From positions 4,608,001 to 4,672,000 of the forward strand of contig CBDCJH010000002.1 in NCBI GenBank assembly GCA_965217775.1: a DNA stretch of 64,000 nucleotides, given 5' to 3'. The notes beneath the pieces are model-generated. The model made no database searches. It had not been told where the DNA came from and saw only the letters and a program-made list of their open reading frames with translations. Position numbers and translations under genes: made by a program. This document shows, piece after piece, positions 59,318-64,000 of this stretch (within the stretch, counting starts at the first letter, position 1; every line of letters begins with the position of its first letter). The stretch comes from Acidobacteriota bacterium (GTDB lineage Bacteria > Acidobacteriota > UBA6911 > RPQK01 > JAJDTT01).

Positions 59318-62122
59318 CTAGTGTCCTTCTTCGTTTCTACGCCTCCGGATCAAGTCGCGGTGTTCCTGATCCTTCCGGTTGATGGTGTGGTACGCGTTGC
59401 GGAGCGCCCGCTTGAAGTCCATCGTGAGCTCCACGGCCGTGGGCAGGCCGTGAATGACGTGCGGGGTGATGAAGACGACCAACTCGGAGCGGCGCTTGTT
59501 CTTGGTGGTCCGCCCGAAGAGAGCCCCTACTACGGGGATGTCTCCCAATACCGGGATCCGGCTGCGGCTGCTGTCGCTGCTGTCGCTGATGATGCCGGCG
59601 ATGGCCACCGTCTCGCCGTCCCGCACGATCAGGGAGGTTTCCACGTAGTTCTGGCTGATGGTGGGGGTGAGAGACGAGCCCGCGGCCTGGCTGACCTCGA
59701 TGGCCAGATCCATGGTCACGATGCCGCTGGCGCTGGTGCGGGGCATGATCAGGACGGAGGTCCCGGTGGGACGATAGTTGATGCTGTTGGCGAAGGCGCT
59801 GGCGACTCCCGACGTGATGGGGTCTCCGTAGGAGGCGGTCGTGACCGGCACCTCGGCGCCCACGTTGATTCGAGCCTGCATCCCGTCCACCGCCAGCAGC
59901 GTGGGAGCCTCCAGGATTTCCACGTTGGTCCGGGATCGAAGCGCCGTGATGGCGGCCTCCAACTCTCGTTGTGCCCCGATGAAGGCCTTGGTCACCATGG
60001 ACAGTGCGCCGCCTCCCCCGCCACCGTCAGAGCCGCCGCTGAGGCTGCCGGTAGTGGGCGGACCCGTGCTGTCGGCCTGCCGTCCCCGGAGGAAGGCGGC
60101 CACGCCAAAGCTGAGGTCGTCCCGCAGCTCCACCGAGTAGATCCTGGCTTCCATGAACACCTGACGCGGCAGCTTGTCCAGTTGACGGATGGTATCCAGC
60201 AGAAAACGGTAGTCCGCCTCTGTGGACTGGATGATCAGAGAGTTGCTGAAATCGTTGACGACGATGCGGATATCTCCCGCACTCACCACCCGGATGCCGG
60301 ACGGACGGCTGAGGGAACGCCCGAACAGGGAGGGCCCCATGCCCCTGCCGCCACCGCCACCGTAGCCGCCGCCATAGCCGCCGTAACCGCCGCCGCCGTA
60401 ACCGCCGCCGTAACCGCCGTAGCCACCCCCGCCGTAGCCACCCCCGCCATAGCCGCCACCGTAACCACCGTACCCGCCGCCGCCGTAACCGCCGCCGTAC
60501 CCGCCGTAGCCACCCCCCCCGTAGCCGCCATAGCCGCCGCCGTACCCGCCGTACCCGCCATAGCCTCGCTGCTGGCGGAGGAAGCGGGGGTCCTGGATCG
60601 GGGTTCGCTGCATTTGGTCGCCCGCCTGCGGGTCCGTGGGATCGGTCCCGCCCGTGGGCAGGCCCAATCCCTGGTAGTAGAGCTGGCCCAGGACGTCCGC
60701 GATGTAGGCGGCGGTGTTGTTCTCGACTTCGTAGACGTAGGTCTTGAGATTGGTGTTGGTGGAAGGAGTGTCCAGCTTGGCGACCCAGGTCTTGACCTCC
60801 TGCAGGACCGAAGGCGCGTGCGTGACCACGAGGATGCTGTTGAGCCGCTCGATGGCGACGATGCGCACACCGCCTCCCTTTTCATTGGGAGAAAAGACCG
60901 CGCTCAGGTCCGTGGCCACGTCCACGGCATGATTGTGCCGGACGGTGATCAGATCCACCGTGTTGATGGAGAAATACTCGGTGTCCAGCATCCGGATCAG
61001 GTTCAGGGCCTGTTGGATGTTCCGGCGGTAATCGGTGATCAGGAGAATGTTGACCGAGACCAGGTTGACCACGGTGGCTCCCTCGGAGACGAAGGGCTTC
61101 AGGATCTCGATCATGTCTTCGGAGGGGAGGTAGTGGAGGGGAATGACATAGGTGATGATGCCCTCTTCGTCCTCCAGCCGGCGGGCCTCCTCCGATTCCG
61201 ACGGCGTCAGGACCGTGGGACCGGGAGCAGACTCGGAAGCCGCCGCCTGCTCCGCCGCGGAAGCTTCTCCCTCTTGAGCAGGCCCGGCCGCGGCGGACGT
61301 TACCGTCTCTCCGGGGAGAGCCGCCCCTTGCGCGGGAGCAGTTCCCCCCGGAGACACCGCCGTCACGGCCCCTTCCGAGGGATCGGCTTCGGGGATTTCC
61401 CGCCCGGGAGGTACGGTCTCGGGTTCCTCCTCCCGGGCTTCCTGTTTCTCCGGGACCGGAGCGGGGACGGCCCGACTTCCGCCGGAGGAAGGCGGCCGGG
61501 CCAGAATCTTGTGCGGCACACGGGGACTCTTGCCGATGGGCAGGACCACGTAGATCCCCTCTTGCTTGACGATGGCCTGTCCCGCCAGCTTGAGCACCTG
61601 CTCCAGGACCCGGAAGAGGGTCTTCTTGGGGATGTCGTCCATGGTGAACAGGCTGACCGATCCGGAGACGGCGGGATCGATGACGTAGGAGTACCCCAGC
61701 TCGGTCATGACGGCGTTCACCACCCGGTCGACGGGCATGTCGGTGAAGGCCAGCTTGACTCCTCCGTTTCCCTTGCCGGAGCGCCCCGAGCCGCCGTTCG
61801 GAGACCTCGTTGCGGCCTGGAACTTGTCACGAGAGGAATCCGTTTCCGGGGAAGTCCCGGAGTCGCTTTGAGCGTCCTGAGCCTGCCTCCGGTACAGCTC
61901 CTGGAGAGCCTGACGGCGCTTCTGGAGTTGGTCTCCCGCCTTCTCCGAACCGGACTCCGGGGGAAGACCGCCGACGTTCACGGCGGGATCGGCCCCCACC
62001 AGCGGCTCCTGACCGGTCTGCCGGGTGGTCCCGGAACGTTGAGCGAAGCCGACTCGCTGCGCAACCACTGCGAGTTCGCTGCCGCCGAATAGAATCAATA
62101 CAACCACGATCCACCAACGCAT
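59318..62122 (-). CDS. gspD: Type II secretion secretin with Gly/Tyr-rich insertion
   Basis: N-domains, LDKLPRQV..EA, GAEVP, IPVLGDIPVVGALFG, ELVVFITPH. Confidence 0.92.
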   Translation of the reverse strand: MRWWIVVVLILFGGSELAVVAQRVGFAQRSGTTRQTGQEPLVGADPAVNVGGLPPESGSEKAGDQLQKRRQALQELYRRQAQDAQSDSGTSPETDSSRDKFQAATRSPNGGSGRSGKGNGGVKLAFTDMPVDRVVNAVMTELGYSYVIDPAVSGSVSLFTMDDIPKKTLFRVLEQVLKLAGQAIVKQEGIYVVLPIGKSPRVPHKILARPPSSGGSRAVPAPVPEKQEAREEEPETVPPGREIPEADPSEGAVTAVSPGGTAPAQGAALPGETVTSAAAGPAQEGEASAAEQAAASESAPGPTVLTPSESEEARRLEDEEGIITYVIPLHYLPSEDMIEILKPFVSEGATVVNLVSVNILLITDYRRNIQQALNLIRMLDTEYFSINTVDLITVRHNHAVDVATDLSAVFSPNEKGGGVRIVAIERLNSILVVTHAPSVLQEVKTWVAKLDTPSTNTNLKTYVYEVENNTAAYIADVLGQLYYQGLGLPTGGTDPTDPQAGDQMQRTPIQDPRFLRQQRGYGGYGGYGGGYGGYGGGGYGGYGGGYGGGGYGGYGGGYGGGGYGGGGYGGYGGGYGGGGYGGYGGGYGGGGGRGMGPSLFGRSLSRPSGIRVVSAGDIRIVVNDFSNSLIIQSTEADYRFLLDTIRQLDKLPRQVFMEARIYSVELRDDLSFGVAAFLRGRQADSTGPPTTGSLSGGSDGGGGGGALSMVTKAFIGAQRELEAAITALRSRTNVEILEAPTLLAVDGMQARINVGAEVPVTTASYGDPITSGVASAFANSINYRPTGTSVLIMPRTSASGIVTMDLAIEVSQAAGSSLTPTISQNYVETSLIVRDGETVAIAGIISDSSDSSRSRIPVLGDIPVVGALFGRTTKNKRRSELVVFITPHVIHGLPTAVELTMDFKRALRNAYHTINRKDQEHRDLIRRRRNEEGH

Positions 62123-62214
62123 TAGCTAAACCTCTTGCGAGAAATCATAAGTCGCGAATACATTTCGAAAATTCAAATCGTTGGACCTCGGCGGCTGGAA
62201 ACCGCCGCTCCTCC

Positions 62215-63012
62215 TCATCTCCGGGTCGCGGCGCTGCCGTAGACGGGCCGTCTGGCGGTGGCGGTGCGGCCGCGGGCGGTGCCCTGGCGGCCCGTTAGGG
62301 TCGTGCGGCCGCGGGCGGCGGCTCCTCCGGCCCGGATTCTTTGTTGGCCGGCGGTGGGACTCACGGCCGCACGCGCCGCCTCCTCGGCGGGCGGGACCGA
62401 TGCGGCCACCGTCTCCACCGCGGCCCGGGTGGAACCGACGGTCACGATGTTGACCGCGCCGGCTCCGGCCTGCTTGGAGGCCGACTTCTTGGACTGCTTG
62501 CCCTTCTTGGAGTCCATGATGTCGATCAACTCGGTGTGATGGTTCCATACCAGGGTGACCGTGGTCGAGGTGATCTCCCCCACCCGGTACCCCTGAACCA
62601 TGTCGCCCAGCATCACCGTCCGGGACTCGCCCTGATTCTTCTTCCCCGCGAAAACGGTCAGGAACGCCCTCTGCTCCCCCCGGATGGTGGACACGCCGTG
62701 CAGAGTCGGCTTTATGGGCAGTGGAGGGGGCTTCTGGGAGGCGACCGGCGCCGCCCCGGTCACCTCCTCTTCCGGCCGGCGTTCCGGGTTGAAGAGGTTT
62801 CGCTCATGGATCTCCAGGTAGTCATTGAAAGACCGCGGCGATTCCTGTCGGAAGGACGCCTCCTCGGGCGGCGCGGGACTGCGGTTGATGCGCTGGTAGA
62901 CATCCTGCCGCGTGGACTCCTGGAAATGTCGCCAGTTCGAGATCAAGCGCTGGCCCAGAAGGCCGACGCCCGCCACCAGCAACAGATTGAGAAATACGAC
63001 TCCTTGCCTCAT
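62215..63012 (-). CDS. T2SS GspC/PilP-like protein
   Basis: N-terminal TM, RNLFNPER, LHGV, GD.VQGYRV; operon position. Confidence 0.65.
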   Translation of the reverse strand: MRQGVVFLNLLLVAGVGLLGQRLISNWRHFQESTRQDVYQRINRSPAPPEEASFRQESPRSFNDYLEIHERNLFNPERRPEEEVTGAAPVASQKPPPLPIKPTLHGVSTIRGEQRAFLTVFAGKKNQGESRTVMLGDMVQGYRVGEITSTTVTLVWNHHTELIDIMDSKKGKQSKKSASKQAGAGAVNIVTVGSTRAAVETVAASVPPAEEAARAAVSPTAGQQRIRAGGAAARGRTTLTGRQGTARGRTATARRPVYGSAATRR

Positions 63013-63599
63013 GTTCCGCCCCTGGTAGAGATGCCCGACTCGGGAGAAAGTTGAATCAGGCCCGAAACGTGAATGCTGGGGTTGAGGCGTCGCTTGCCCT
63101 TGGCCCTTCCGACCCGGAGCTCCAGGTTTTCGACCTTCAGGAACTTGGGGTAGGTCGAAAGCGCGTGCACGAACTCCAACACCTGCCGCAGATCGGCCCT
63201 AAGATTCACCCTCAGGGTGATCTTCGCGTACCGATCGTCCAGGACCCGCTCCTGGACCCGGCTGCTCCGGGAGATGGTGATGCCCAGGCGGGACGCCAGA
63301 TCCCGCACCGCCAGTTCCACCTGGGTGGTGGCGTCGCTCGAATTCTCGGCCTCGATGAAGCGGCTCTCGTACTGCTGGACCCGCCGCTCGATCTCCTCGC
63401 TCCGCGACCGGTAGTAGTCCCGCTGAGAGAGGAGCTGCTTCGAACGCTCCAGCAACTTGGCCTTGGTCTCCAATTCGGCCGGGATCGAGGCCCGGGCCTC
63501 ATTGAAGGGCTCCACCGCGAAGAAGTAGACCAGCACGACGGCTGCCGTCAGGCCTCCTCCCTGCAGGATGCGCCGTTCTCGATGCGTCAGCTTCCTCAT
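63009..63599 (-). CDS. T2SS GspM/PilO-like protein
   Basis: LTHRERRIL plus TM and coiled coil; operon position. Confidence 0.75.
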   Translation of the reverse strand: MRKLTHRERRILQGGGLTAAVVLVYFFAVEPFNEARASIPAELETKAKLLERSKQLLSQRDYYRSRSEEIERRVQQYESRFIEAENSSDATTQVELAVRDLASRLGITISRSSRVQERVLDDRYAKITLRVNLRADLRQVLEFVHALSTYPKFLKVENLELRVGRAKGKRRLNPSIHVSGLIQLSPESGISTRGGT

Positions 63600-63608
63600 G
63601 GCTCCCTT

Positions 63609-64000
63609 TCACTTGGACGTGGCGTCGAAGGTGAACTTCTCCCGATTCCCCATCCCCCTGGCGGGCGCGATGTTCCGGGGTTCGACGGTATCCAGCGACT
63701 CGGAGGTGGTGAGGTTGGACAGGAGCCCCGACGCCGACGACGCGTAGCCCACCATGTTGACCTGTTCCCCTCGAATCGACAACCGGTCCAGGAACGCGTC
63801 GTCCGGGGTCTTCTCCGTCATCTCCCGCAGGATTCCCAGGACCTTCTGCCGGCCCTGCATCAACTCCTGCAGTTCCGCCAGCCGGGCTTCGGCCCGGCGG
63901 GTCCGTTCCCGCAGCTCCATGACCTCCTGGACCCTGGGCTGCAGGGCGTCGAGCTCCGTCCGGATCTGGCCGGTCAGATCGGACTGCTGGAAATAATCCC
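63609..64000 (-). CDS. PilN/GspL-like protein, C-terminal part
   Basis: ILREMTEKTPDDAFL...GYASSA; continues beyond the window. Confidence 0.75.
   Translation of the reverse strand, partial: DYFQQSDLTGQIRTELDALQPRVQEVMELRERTRRAEARLAELQELMQGRQKVLGILREMTEKTPDDAFLDRLSIRGEQVNMVGYASSASGLLSNLTTSESLDTVEPRNIAPARGMGNREKFTFDATSK

Noticed and set aside
59321-62092. 923-aa plus-strand ORF
   Set aside because: Shadow of gspD

Overview
High-GC bacterial DNA; the gene content (TMTC-like/TPR protein, DUF1080, FN3 surface protein with FAHFANG domains) suggests Acidobacteria, possibly host-associated (inference). Layout: (i) 0-20 kb surface-glycan cluster (GT2/GT4, TMTC-like glycosyltransferase, Wzm/Wzt, methyltransferases) with small REP-flanked genes between its blocks; (ii) 21-31 kb large secreted/surface proteins; (iii) 31-43 kb and 53-58 kb dense, nested mobile DNA (two IS110, IS4-like, IS1634, ISKra4, group II intron fragment, MITEs, RAYT plus REP array); (iv) ECF sigma/anti-sigma locus; (v) part of a type II secretion operon. 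Main observations: a TnpB gene bounded by terminal inverted repeats and an 8-bp target duplication rather than IS200/IS605 ends; two IS110 elements whose bridge-RNA guide segments can be read from the sequence, one targeting the local REP; and a promoter-like motif shared by the ECF sigma gene and two secreted-protein genes. Family names come from motif recognition, not database searches.
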